Source: an uncultured delta proteobacterium
GTDB lineage: Bacteria > Desulfobacterota > Zymogenia > Zymogenales > Zymogenaceae
Length of the DNA stretch: 64,000 nt
Reading direction: 5' to 3'
Assembly: GCA_963792965.1 (NCBI GenBank)
Contig: CAWBYW010000035.1
Location: 1-64,000 of the forward strand
The first letter of the stretch is position 1; every line of letters begins with the position of its first letter. This document shows, in pieces, positions 31,858-40,895 of the stretch. The position numbers and the translations under genes were made by a program. Below the pieces are notes generated by a model. That model ran no database searches, was not told where the DNA came from, and saw nothing but the letters and a program-made list of their open reading frames with translations.

Positions 31858-32382
31858 CTACCGGGTTCTCGCCGGCCGTGCGTACAGCTTCCGGCCCTCT
31901 TCCGATTTTTCGTAAACCACGGGGCCTCCGCCTTCGTCGGACCTTTTGTAGACGATCGCGCCGGCCCTGCACGCCTCGGCGCAGGCGGGAATCTTTCCCT
32001 CCTCCGCACGGGAAAGGCACAGGTCGCACTTTACGTACGCGCGGCCGTCCCGCCTCATCGTCGGTATGCCGAGGTGGCACGCCACCGCGCATGCCCCGCA
32101 TCCGACACACCGATCCTCGGCCAGGATGACCCGGCCACCGGGATGCTTTTCGATCGCCGCGGCGGGGCAGGCGGCGGCGCACGCGGGGTCGTCACAATGG
32201 ATGCACAGAAGCGGTATCGGCATCCCCTCGTGCTCTTTCACCACGATCCGTGTCAGGGGAGGTACGCGCTCGAACACCGCGCCTATGAGCTCCCTTGTCC
32301 GCGAGTGCTCGACGGCACAGGCAAGCTCGCACCGCGCGCAACCGATACAGCGACCGACGTCGATTATCAGCGTCCCCTTCAC
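31858..32382 (-). CDS. cooF: CooF/DmsB-like multi-[4Fe-4S] electron-transfer protein
   Basis: CIGCARCELAC, CIHCDDPACAAACP, CVGCGACAVAC, KCDLC..PACAEAC. Confidence 0.8.
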   Translation of the reverse strand: MKGTLIIDVGRCIGCARCELACAVEHSRTRELIGAVFERVPPLTRIVVKEHEGMPIPLLCIHCDDPACAAACPAAAIEKHPGGRVILAEDRCVGCGACAVACHLGIPTMRRDGRAYVKCDLCLSRAEEGKIPACAEACRAGAIVYKRSDEGGGPVVYEKSEEGRKLYARPARTR

Positions 32383-32386
32383 GTCT

Positions 32387-33333
32387 CTATCCCTTCACCA
32401 TCTCGTCGATGAACCATTTCATCAATACGGCCGATTCGGGGTGCCTCAGCACCACAATGTCGGCGCCGGCAAGGAGCAGCCCCTCGGCCGTCATCGTCTC
32501 AAGCAGCACCCCCCGGAGGGCCGGGTCGCCCAAGAGCGGCGCTTCTTCTCTTGTGAGCCGTGCTTCCTTCGTCTTCCAGGCCTCTCCCGCCACGTGGCAA
32601 AAGATCGGCGATCTCAGCTTCTCGTCCCCGGCCGTCAGCGCCGCAATTCTGATGCGCTCCATGACCGAATAGGTGTACTCGAAGCCGTATCCCACCCCCC
32701 CACCGTGGGGTCGATGATAACGCGAGAGAGCGGAACGCCCAGGTTCTCCAGAAGGATATTGAGCTGCTTGGCCAGGTTGACGTCGATGGGCGTGGACGCG
32801 ATGACCACGTGCCCGTAGGCCAGCGCCGCCGCACCGACCTGCTTGTAGTTTCCCTCCGCGACCGGGCCGATGATGAGCGTGTGGTCCTGGCAGCCCTCCG
32901 CCACCGCCTTGAGGACAACGGCGTCCTTCGCCTCGTTTGCCGACCCCCACACGACGAGCGGCACGTTAACTGCCCCGAGCACCGCGCGCACCGTTTCGAG
33001 GGCCTTCTCGGGGGGATCGTCCCTCCCGTTCGGGTCAGTGCCCGAAAGGGTCAGGCATACGAGATCAGGCTTATAGTCCCTCACCGCCTTCTTGGCCCAC
33101 TCTACGGGGTCGGCCGCCTCGTCCCCGAGGGCATCCCGGAGCGTCTTCTGGTCCTCGGCAAGCCCCGTATCGAGCACCTCGATGGCGATCTTCGGCCGGT
33201 TGGGCATGGCGCCCTCAAAGAGGTGAAAGGGGTACGCCCCCTCTCCCCCGATCGTTATCTCGTGCCCGGGCGTGCCGAGGGTCACCGGGGTGATCGTGCC
33301 GCTGTAGGCGATCTTTGCGTCGAGTGCTGCCAT
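32387..33333 (-). CDS. acsD: Corrinoid iron-sulfur protein small (delta) subunit; frameshift in G run near 32695
   Basis: YPFHLFEG, STPIDVNLAKQLN, IDPT..GYGFEYTYSVMERIRIAAL, AGADIVVLRHP. Confidence 0.94.
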
Positions 33334-33552
33334 GGGTCTTCCTTTATTGTCGCGGATAAATGATTGATTTTATATAAAAACGCCGATAAAAAAAAGAAAA
33401 TTTTAGATAAAAATCCATATTACCCGACGATCGCTGAATTATTCCTTCCATCATCGCGACCAAGCGTCCCCCCGAGCTCGCCGGCGGTACGAGATGAGTC
33501 GTTCGCTCCCCTTGTGCCGGGCCCCGCGCAAGACGGAGTCTTTCTACGTGTC

Positions 33553-33766
33553 CTATGCCTTCGTCTTTCTCCGCTCGCTCCCGTACCAGTCGTCCGAGTA
33601 CCAGTAGCGGGCCGCGCTCCTGAGGTAGTTGACCATCTCCGCCCTGTTTCTGAGCTTCTTCCTCCAGTCGTCGGGCGCCTCCGGCTTTCCCGCCACGTAC
33701 GTCGGCCCAAGGACCGCCGCGGTATCGTTCGCCGTCTTGCCCCGTCCCCTTCTTCTGTTGAGTCAT
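33553..33766 (-). CDS. Small conserved-looking hypothetical protein (~70 aa) inside the acs operon; hidden by a +1 G frameshift near 33742
   Basis: AAGGAG RBS and ATGA overlap with the cooC stop. Restored sequence MTQQKKGTGKTANDTAAVLGPTYVAGKPEAPDDWRKKLRNRAEMVNYLRSAARYWYSDDWYGSERRKTKA*. Confidence 0.7.
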
Positions 33767-34531
33767 GGTTTCTCCTTGACGATCCATTCGTCGACAAGCC
33801 GATCGACCGCCTGTCTGACGGCCGTGCCCGCGCCAAGCCCGGTCACCGGCATATCCTCGGCGTACGCCCGGGCCACAGCCTGCGTCCTCGGGGAGAAGAC
33901 ACAACGGTAAAAGCCCGCTTCTCTCGATCTCCTGTCCCACCGTCGGGGAGAGCCCCGCGCCGTCCACGCGATTGACCACAAGGCCCATCGTGCCCACGCG
34001 GAGGTCCATCTCGGCGGCCAGCTCCCCCAGCCTCCGGGCGGTCCGTATGCCCTTCACGGTATGGTCCGAGACGAGCAAGAGGAGATCGATCGTCCCCATC
34101 GTCCTCCGGGAGAGGTGCTCCATGCCCGCCTCGTTGTCAACGACGACGGCCCGGTAGTTCTTCGCCAGCGTGTCGATCGACTTCCTGAGGAGGTTGTTCA
34201 CGAAACAGTAGCACCCCGGCCCCTCGGGCCTCCCCATGACGAGGAGGTCCACGCCTTTTCCCTCGATGATGGACTGGTGCATCCTCATCTCGAGGAGCGC
34301 GGCCTTCGTCATGCCCGGAGGGATGTTCGCCCGATGCTCGAGGAAATCCTCCCGGATCTCGCCGAGCGTCCTGGTCACCCCGACCCCGAGGGAAGCGCCG
34401 AGGTTGTCGTTTGGGTCGGCGTCGACCGCAAGGATCGGGAGGACACCCCGCTCCTTGAGGGAATCGATGATAAGCGCCGCCAGCGTCGTCTTGCCGGTCC
34501 CCCCCTTTCCCGCCACCGCAATCACTTTCAT
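33763..34531 (-). CDS. cooC: Second CooC/AcsF nickel-insertion ATPase; frameshift near 33881
   Basis: MKVIAVAGKGGTGKTT, VDADP, MGRPEGPGCYCFVN, DNEAGMEHLSRRT; C-terminus continues in ORF 33763-33981. Confidence 0.9.
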
Positions 34532-36483
34532 GGGGCGGTCGCCTCCCTGCCGCCCGACGTCCTGACCTTCACCGACGGAAAGAGGCCGATATCCGTGTGC
34601 GGAAGAAAGAGGGAGGAAAGGTAGCGGTCCATATATCCCGGATCGACCGACAGCTCCACGTTGGTCATCCCCGCAGCCACGGAGAGTCCCTCCCGAAACA
34701 TCGATCGGGACAGGCACCCGAGCACGGCCCCCGCAAGCGACCCGTTGCCGATGAAGTGAAAACGGGAGCGGTCGATGTCCGGCAAAAGGCCGATCGTCAC
34801 GGCGCTCTCGATGTCCAGGCGGCTGCCGAACGCGCCCGAGACGATCACCCGGCCGATATCCGAAACGGCGACGCCGGTCTTCTCCATGAGGGAGAGATAC
34901 CCCGCGAACATCGCGGCCTTGGCGCGCATGACGTTCTGGATATCGACGTCGGAGATGACGATGTCCTCATCTATGCCCGTATCGTGGGCTCGTACCACGA
35001 CGTATTCCGTCCCGCTTGGTCCCCCCCTCACCCGGTCCGTGGGGAGGTCCGTCCTGATCTTCCCATTCTGGTCCAGCGCCCCCCCAACGAAGAGACCGGC
35101 CACTATGTTAATGATCCCCGACCCACAGATGCCCGCCGGCTTCCTTCTCCCGATGGTGGTGACCATCGGCTCAAAATCGTCTCCCAACAGAAAACCCTCG
35201 ATCGCCCCGGGCACGGCGTTGGCGCCGAAGCGCACTCCGCCCCCCTCAAACGCCGGTCCGGCCGAGGTCGAGGCGGTCATCAGCCACTCTCGGTTGCCCA
35301 GCACGATCTCGCCGTTGGTGCCGATGTCGATGAAAAGGGTGATATCCTCGTGTCGAAAAAAGCCCGAGGACAAGACGCCCGAGACGATATCCCCACCGAC
35401 GTAGCTTGCAACGGCCGGGAAAACGAAGAGCGGCACATCCTGTTCCACCCGAAAGCCGACCGTCCGCGCCGACACATCCGGGAAGACCTTTGCCGCCGGA
35501 ACGTAGGGCGCCTCCCGGAGGTACTTCGTCTCAAGGCCCAGCAGAAAGTGAGACATGACCGTATTTCCCGCGCAAACGATATGCGAGATCGATTCCCGAC
35601 GAGTCGCGGTCGACTCCAGGAGGTCATCGATAATGTCGTCAAGGGACTCCACCACGGCACGCGTGAGCGTCCCCATTCCGTCCGCGGTGGCAGCATAAAT
35701 GATCCGGGAGATGACGTCGGCCCCATAGGCTCGCTGGGGGTTGTTCGCGAACCCCCGCGCCACCTCCCGTTGTCCCGTACAGTCGACGAGCGCCGCCCAG
35801 AGGGTGGTCGTGCCGATATCACAGGCCACGCCGATCGACCGTCGCGTGCGACCCCCCGGACTGACGCGGACAAGGTGGGTCCGGGTCATGTCGTGGCCGC
35901 GGTGAGCAAGATCGACCGTCACCTCCCATCCGAGTTCCCTGGTGAGCCGGGGAATCTGCCGCACGAGCGGTAGATCGACGGCGATCCGGTCGATAGCGGT
36001 CGCCTTCCTGACCGCCGAGATGAGCCGCGTCAGGTCGCTTACGTTGTCCGAATGGGATGGGGGACACATGACGATATGGAAGGATTCACAGGGGGGATCA
36101 GAGGGTCGGCCAGCCCGGTCGACCTCTTCGACGGCTCGGATCCGGCTGACGGCCCCAGCCCCTTGGGCCGAGGGACGCGCCGTGCCGCCCTGTCCGGCGG
36201 CAGGCGCGGGCAGCTCGACAGTCATGTCACCGGTGATTTCGACTGCGCACGCGAGGCGGAATCCGCGGTCGTATTTCTTTCGTCCGAGGACGCCCAGCGA
36301 TTCGGGCGACTTCGGAGCGTTTCCCGTAAGCTTGACGGCGCACCCTCCACAGGTCCCCGATCCGCCGCAGTGGGCCGGGAGGAAAAACCCTGCGTCAAGC
36401 GCCGCCTCAAGGAGGGTTGAACCCGGATTCGCGGTGATCCTTTGTTCTCCAGGAAGAAACGTAATCGTTGCCCGTCCGCCCAT
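34528..36483 (-). CDS. acsV: Reductive activator of corrinoid proteins (RACo/AcsV; [2Fe-2S] + ASKHA ATPase)
   Basis: CGGSGTCGGC...RLAC, DIGTTT, YGADVISRI, AGNT, YVGGD, DIGTNGE, SAGPAFEGG, GICGSG. Confidence 0.92.
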   Translation of the reverse strand: MGGRATITFLPGEQRITANPGSTLLEAALDAGFFLPAHCGGSGTCGGCAVKLTGNAPKSPESLGVLGRKKYDRGFRLACAVEITGDMTVELPAPAAGQGGTARPSAQGAGAVSRIRAVEEVDRAGRPSDPPCESFHIVMCPPSHSDNVSDLTRLISAVRKATAIDRIAVDLPLVRQIPRLTRELGWEVTVDLAHRGHDMTRTHLVRVSPGGRTRRSIGVACDIGTTTLWAALVDCTGQREVARGFANNPQRAYGADVISRIIYAATADGMGTLTRAVVESLDDIIDDLLESTATRRESISHIVCAGNTVMSHFLLGLETKYLREAPYVPAAKVFPDVSARTVGFRVEQDVPLFVFPAVASYVGGDIVSGVLSSGFFRHEDITLFIDIGTNGEIVLGNREWLMTASTSAGPAFEGGGVRFGANAVPGAIEGFLLGDDFEPMVTTIGRRKPAGICGSGIINIVAGLFVGGALDQNGKIRTDLPTDRVRGGPSGTEYVVVRAHDTGIDEDIVISDVDIQNVMRAKAAMFAGYLSLMEKTGVAVSDIGRVIVSGAFGSRLDIESAVTIGLLPDIDRSRFHFIGNGSLAGAVLGCLSRSMFREGLSVAAGMTNVELSVDPGYMDRYLSSLFLPHTDIGLFPSVKVRTSGGREATAP

Positions 36484-36648
36484 GTCCCTCGATGTTCGAT
36501 CAATTGTCGAAATTCCCTTTCCGGTTACGGTATTGACGGAAAGTCCGCTGTGTGACGGGATGCAATCGGAAAAAGGAACAATAAAATCCGACCCGTGGGC
36601 CGGCATAACTGAAAACCGAAAGGCCGTTTTTCAAAGGGCCTCTTATTG

Positions 36649-36676
36649 ATTATATAATTTCTACTAATTTTGTCAA
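36649..36676 (-). promoter_or_regulatory. Consensus sigma70 promoter heading the acs/CODH operon
   Basis: TTGACA-N16-TATAAT on the minus strand. Confidence 0.75.
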
Positions 36677-36735
36677 GTAATTTCCCCCCGACGCGCCCGG
36701 CGGCGCCATTCCCGTCTCTTTGTCCGATCCGTTAT

Positions 36736-37284
36736 CTATGGAGCGGACGGCTTGACGTCGTATATCAGCTCGAAGTCCCAACCCCACCTCCCTTCCTTGA
36801 CCACAAAGCCGAGCTTCTGGTGTAGATGGACCACCCTCAGATTGGTCTTTTCTACATAGATCCAGAGGCGTTTGATGGAGAGATATTTTGCGGCCTCCAC
36901 GACGTTAAGTGCGAGCATCCTTCCGATCCCGGCGCTCTGGTCGACCGGAAGGACGGCCATGAAGTATTCGGCGACCTCATCCGTGATGGGAAGAATGGCG
37001 GCATGCCCGACGATCGCCTCGTCGGGATCCATCACGACGAGGTTGGTGACACCCTCCTCGAAAAAGTGCCTGACCCATGCCTCGAGACGCGCCGGGTTCT
37101 CCGGCGGAACGCCCATGATGTTACGCTTCGGCTTATATTTCCTGTACATCGCAAGGACTTTCTCGAAATCCCTTGGCCCGGCGAAGCGAAATATATGTTC
37201 CCTTCCCTCTCTATCGATAAAATAGTCGATCGGAATATGCCCATACCCACCCAATCCTCCAAATTCGTCTTCGTCAGACTTCAT
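36736..37284 (-). CDS. GNAT family acetyltransferase (Pat-like)
   Basis: IVGHAAIL, QSAGIG (acetyl-CoA binding loop), N..VV.L.QKLGF. Confidence 0.82.
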   Translation of the reverse strand: MKSDEDEFGGLGGYGHIPIDYFIDREGREHIFRFAGPRDFEKVLAMYRKYKPKRNIMGVPPENPARLEAWVRHFFEEGVTNLVVMDPDEAIVGHAAILPITDEVAEYFMAVLPVDQSAGIGRMLALNVVEAAKYLSIKRLWIYVEKTNLRVVHLHQKLGFVVKEGRWGWDFELIYDVKPSAP

Positions 37285-37348
37285 CCAAGTTCCCGATCGG
37301 AGATCCCTTAAAGAGAAACCACCATCCCGCCCACGGTGCCCGCGCGCC

Positions 37349-38149
37349 TCAGAAGAGCATGTCCGGATCGATCACCCTTCCCTCGCCGAGACATTTTTCG
37401 GCAAACCGCTTCCACCGCTTATAGTCGGGCTCAATGAGCTTATCGCCCTCAAGACCGGCGGCCGTCTTCAGCAGCTCCATCGCATCCCCGTGCAGCCCCG
37501 CCGCCTCCAGTCCGGCCGCGCAGAAGACCGCCGTTCTCAGGCCGCTGGGATCGAGAGCGAGGGCCTCACGCGAAAACGCGAGCGTTTTTCCCTTGTCCCT
37601 GAGCGGCCAGGGGGCCGTCCGGTAGAAAACCGAGAGCTCCCGGGCAGCGCTCCCCCGCTCGTAGGTCTTATCCTGTTTATAGGCGGACATGAGATGCGTG
37701 AGCACCTCGTCCTGTACCCCTTCCTTGAGGGCGTTAATTGTCCCGATTCCATAGATGTAATGCAACGCCGTGAGCGCCCAGTAGAGGTGCCCTTCCACGC
37801 CGTCCGGACGAATCAATACGGCCCGCCCCGCAAACTCCATGCCCTCTCTTCCCAAATCTCTCTGCAGCTCCTTTTTGGGCGATGAATCCAGCGCTTGGTC
37901 GGCTATCCACCAGAGCGATCGCGCCGCCTTCCAGTGCGCCTCGTAGCTGAAGGGAGAAAGCGTAGTCGCCTCACGGAAAAGATCGAGCGCCTTCACGTTG
38001 TCGGGATCAGCTTCAGTGCCCCGTTTCTCCCAGGCCGCGTCCCCCGCGGCCATGAGAGACGATAAATCCTGGCCTCTCATACCGACGGGGTTACCCACCA
38101 GAAGGGCGATGAGAATGATGGCGGCAACCAGGTATTTCCCGAACTTCAT
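37349..38149 (-). CDS. Secreted TPR-like protein (possibly TatT/TRAP-associated family)
   Basis: Signal peptide MKFGKYLVAAIILIALLVG; helical repeats YEAHWKAAR, PDGVEGHLYWA, YRTAPWPL. Confidence 0.6.
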   Translation of the reverse strand: MKFGKYLVAAIILIALLVGNPVGMRGQDLSSLMAAGDAAWEKRGTEADPDNVKALDLFREATTLSPFSYEAHWKAARSLWWIADQALDSSPKKELQRDLGREGMEFAGRAVLIRPDGVEGHLYWALTALHYIYGIGTINALKEGVQDEVLTHLMSAYKQDKTYERGSAARELSVFYRTAPWPLRDKGKTLAFSREALALDPSGLRTAVFCAAGLEAAGLHGDAMELLKTAAGLEGDKLIEPDYKRWKRFAEKCLGEGRVIDPDMLF

Positions 38150-38548
38150 CGACATGTCCGGGAGCAATAACAGGCGCCTGCCCGGGTGCCGGCTCGCGAG
38201 CCGGGCGCAAGAACCGTCTCCTCCGGTCTTTACTTTCGCATTATCCATGGTGCGTCATCCCCCGTTCTCCGGTGCGGTAAATGAGGAGAAACGCTCAAAA
38301 TGACCGTGCCGGTCTCCGTCGTTATAAAAGACACACCCGGACCGATACCGCGGCGCCCGGCGGGCCGCGTCCGCGTGAGAGTTACACGGGCGCAGAGACT
38401 ACTGATACTATTGTACAAACGACGGGGTAATTTATCAATAGAAAAGACGTTTCGCGCCGGGTCGAGAAGGAGCGCGTCCGCACAAACCGGTGCGCGATAT
38501 ACCATGGTACACGACTCCATCTAAAAAATCGGTTTTTATAAAAAAAGC

Positions 38549-38577
38549 TTGACAGGGCCGGAAAACTCATATATTGT
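38549..38577 (+). promoter_or_regulatory. trp operon sigma70 promoter
   Basis: TTGACA-N17-TATTGT with an AT-rich UP element (38521-38548). Confidence 0.75.
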
Positions 38578-38613
38578 CACAAAAAATCGAGTAAAGGGTA
38601 TTTCCAAGACATC

Positions 38614-38697
38614 ATGGATTCGTATCGTATAGAGCGCAAGAGTTTCTGGTGGGTGTGGCGAAACCACATACAAGGAGGTTTGTCCGCCCTATACTAA
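38614..38697 (+). CDS. trpL: trp operon leader peptide
   Basis: MDSYRIERKSFWWVWRNHIQGGLSALY*; three TGG codons among four consecutive codons, between the promoter and the terminator upstream of trpE. Confidence 0.88.
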   Translation: MDSYRIERKSFWWVWRNHIQGGLSALY

Positions 38698-38727
38698 CGT
38701 CTACTAACATATAGTATATAATCACAT

Positions 38728-38765
38728 AAGGCCGCGGGTGAATCTCAAAACCCGCGGCCTTTTTT
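38728..38765 (+). terminator. trp attenuator terminator T1
   Basis: AAGGCCGCGGGT-loop-ACCCGCGGCC followed by T6. Confidence 0.9.
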
Positions 38766-38772
38766 GTTCTTC

Positions 38773-38807
38773 AAGCCGCGGGACAGGACCACCCACGGCT
38801 TTTTTTT
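38773..38807 (+). terminator. Second tandem trp leader terminator T2
   Basis: AAGCCGCGGG-loop-CCCACGGC followed by T8. Confidence 0.8.
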
Positions 38808-38823
38808 CGAGGAGATGCGCGAA

Positions 38824-40326
38824 ATGCTCACCCCATCGTTTCAAGAATTCGAGAAGCTCTCAAAATGCGGCAACCTGATCCCGATATATCGGGAGATACT
38901 CGCCGATTGCGAGACCCCCGTTTCCGCTTTCATGAAAGTAGACGACCCCAGCAACTCGTTTCTTTTGGAGAGCGTCCAGGGGGGTGAAAAATGGGGAAGA
39001 TACAGCTTCATCGGGATCGGGCCCTCGATCGTCTTTCGCTCCCGCGGGTCCCACGTTGAGATAAAGAAGATCGACAAGACGATCTTCGAGGGGAGCGTGG
39101 ATGATCCCCTCAAAAAGCTTAAGGAATTCATGGGACGCTACCGCGCCATTCAGGTAGAAGGGCTGCCCCGCTTCTACGGCGGGGCCGTCGGCTATCTCGG
39201 GTACAACATGGTACGTTTCATGGAAAAGGTGCCGAAGAGCGGCCGCGATGACCTCGGTACCTACGATATGTATTTTGTCATCGCCGACACGGTCATCATC
39301 TTCGACAACGTAAGGAATACCATTAAGGTGGTAGCAAACGTCTTCCTCGAGGACGGCGCCGATCTCGCCGACGCCTACGGCCGGTCCTCCGAGCGGATTG
39401 ACACGGTAATCGGGCGTCTTACCGGATCCCTGAAAGGGACCGGCCGAAGAGCAAACGAAGGAGACGGGATATCTCTGACATCGAATATGAAAAAGGAGGA
39501 ATTCCTTGCGGCCGTCGCCAAAGGGAAACGCTATATCGAGAACGGCGACGTCATCCAGGTTGTCCTCTCACAGCGTTTTGAGATAGAGGCACACGCCGAT
39601 CCCTTCGATCTCTATCGTGCTCTCCGGACAATAAACCCCTCACCGTACCTCTTCTATCTGAAGTTCGACTCCATCGCCGTCGTCGGCTCATCGCCCGAGG
39701 TGTTGGTCCGGTTGGATCGCGGAAAGGTACAGCTGCGACCCATTGCCGGCACCAGGCCCCGCGGGAAGGATAAGAAAGAGGATGCGCAAATGCAGCGCGA
39801 GCTCCTGTCCGACCCAAAGGAGCGGGCGGAGCACATCATGCTGGTGGACCTCGGCAGGAACGACCTCGGACGGATATCGGAAATCGGCAGCGTCGTCGTC
39901 CGGCAGCTCATGAGGATCGAGAGGTATTCCCACGTCATGCATATCGTCTCCGACATCGAGGGGACGCTTGCGCGGGGAAAAGACGCCTTTGACGTGGTGA
40001 GGGCGGCGTTTCCCGCCGGCACCCTGACCGGGGCGCCGAAAATCCGCGCCATGGAGATCATCGACGAGCTGGAGCCCTGCTCGCGCGGACCGTACGGCGG
40101 CTCGGTCGGTTACTTCGGCTTTTCCGGAAATATGGATATGTGCATCACCATCCGCACGATGCTTGTAAAAGACGGGACGATTTATCTTCAGGCCGGGGCG
40201 GGCATCGTCTACGACTCCGATCCCGAAAGAGAATACGAGGAGACCGTGCACAAGGCTATGGGGATGCTCAGGGCCATCGAGATGGTTAGCAAAAACATGG
40301 AATTGCTGCAGGAGAAAAGGCCATGA
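38824..40326 (+). CDS. trpE: Anthranilate synthase component I
   Basis: [75 protein letters not shown]. Confidence 0.97.
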   Translation: MLTPSFQEFEKLSKCGNLIPIYREILADCETPVSAFMKVDDPSNSFLLESVQGGEKWGRYSFIGIGPSIVFRSRGSHVEIKKIDKTIFEGSVDDPLKKLKEFMGRYRAIQVEGLPRFYGGAVGYLGYNMVRFMEKVPKSGRDDLGTYDMYFVIADTVIIFDNVRNTIKVVANVFLEDGADLADAYGRSSERIDTVIGRLTGSLKGTGRRANEGDGISLTSNMKKEEFLAAVAKGKRYIENGDVIQVVLSQRFEIEAHADPFDLYRALRTINPSPYLFYLKFDSIAVVGSSPEVLVRLDRGKVQLRPIAGTRPRGKDKKEDAQMQRELLSDPKERAEHIMLVDLGRNDLGRISEIGSVVVRQLMRIERYSHVMHIVSDIEGTLARGKDAFDVVRAAFPAGTLTGAPKIRAMEIIDELEPCSRGPYGGSVGYFGFSGNMDMCITIRTMLVKDGTIYLQAGAGIVYDSDPEREYEETVHKAMGMLRAIEMVSKNMELLQEKRP

Positions 40327-40895
40327 TCCTCGTTATCGATAACTACGATTCCTTCACCTACAACCTCGTCCAGTGCCTCGGGGAGCTGGGAGCCGAGTCG
40401 ATCGTCCGTCGTAACGATGAGATCACGGTCGAGGAGATCCCTGAGATGTCACCCGAATTCATCGTGATCTCTCCCGGGCCCGGCGCGCCTCACGAGGCCG
40501 GGGTCTCCGTCGACCTGATCAGGCGCTTTTTCGACATGGCGCCGATCCTCGGCGTCTGTCTCGGCCATCAAGCGATCGGCGAGGCATTCGGGGGCAGGAT
40601 CGTCAGGGCGCGGCGCATCATGCACGGGAAGCTCTCCCCCATTTACCACGATGAACGGGACCTCTTCCGCGACGTCCCGACGCCGTTTCAGGCCGTACGC
40701 TACCATTCCCTGGTGGTCGATCCCGAGTCGCTTCCCGACTGCCTCGTTGTCACCGCCCGCACAGATCAGGACGAGATCATGGCGATGAGACACCGGGACT
40801 ATCCGGTCTTCGGCATTCAATTTCACCCCGAATCGATCATGACCGAGCACGGCAAGAAGATCTTATCGAATTTCCTGGAAAGGAGGACTACATGA
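40323..40895 (+). CDS. trpG: Anthranilate synthase component II (glutamine amidotransferase)
   Basis: [34 protein letters not shown]. Confidence 0.96.
   Translation: MILVIDNYDSFTYNLVQCLGELGAESIVRRNDEITVEEIPEMSPEFIVISPGPGAPHEAGVSVDLIRRFFDMAPILGVCLGHQAIGEAFGGRIVRARRIMHGKLSPIYHDERDLFRDVPTPFQAVRYHSLVVDPESLPDCLVVTARTDQDEIMAMRHRDYPVFGIQFHPESIMTEHGKKILSNFLERRTT

Noticed and set aside
29110-33333. cooS and acsD as pseudogenes or programmed frameshifts
   Set aside because: All metal ligands are conserved, and similar single-base indels hit unrelated genes across the window, which points to sequence error.
36484-36645. Cobalamin riboswitch in the ~160-nt acsV leader
   Set aside because: An AAAGGGAA is present, but I could not find the B12-box or GCCCCCGCxACTGT elements; an Rfam scan would settle it.
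36655-36670. TAATTTCTACTAA resembles the 5' part of a Cas12a direct repeat
   Set aside because: Single copy, lacks the complementary GTAGA arm, no spacers or cas genes; it is simply the spacer of the acs promoter.
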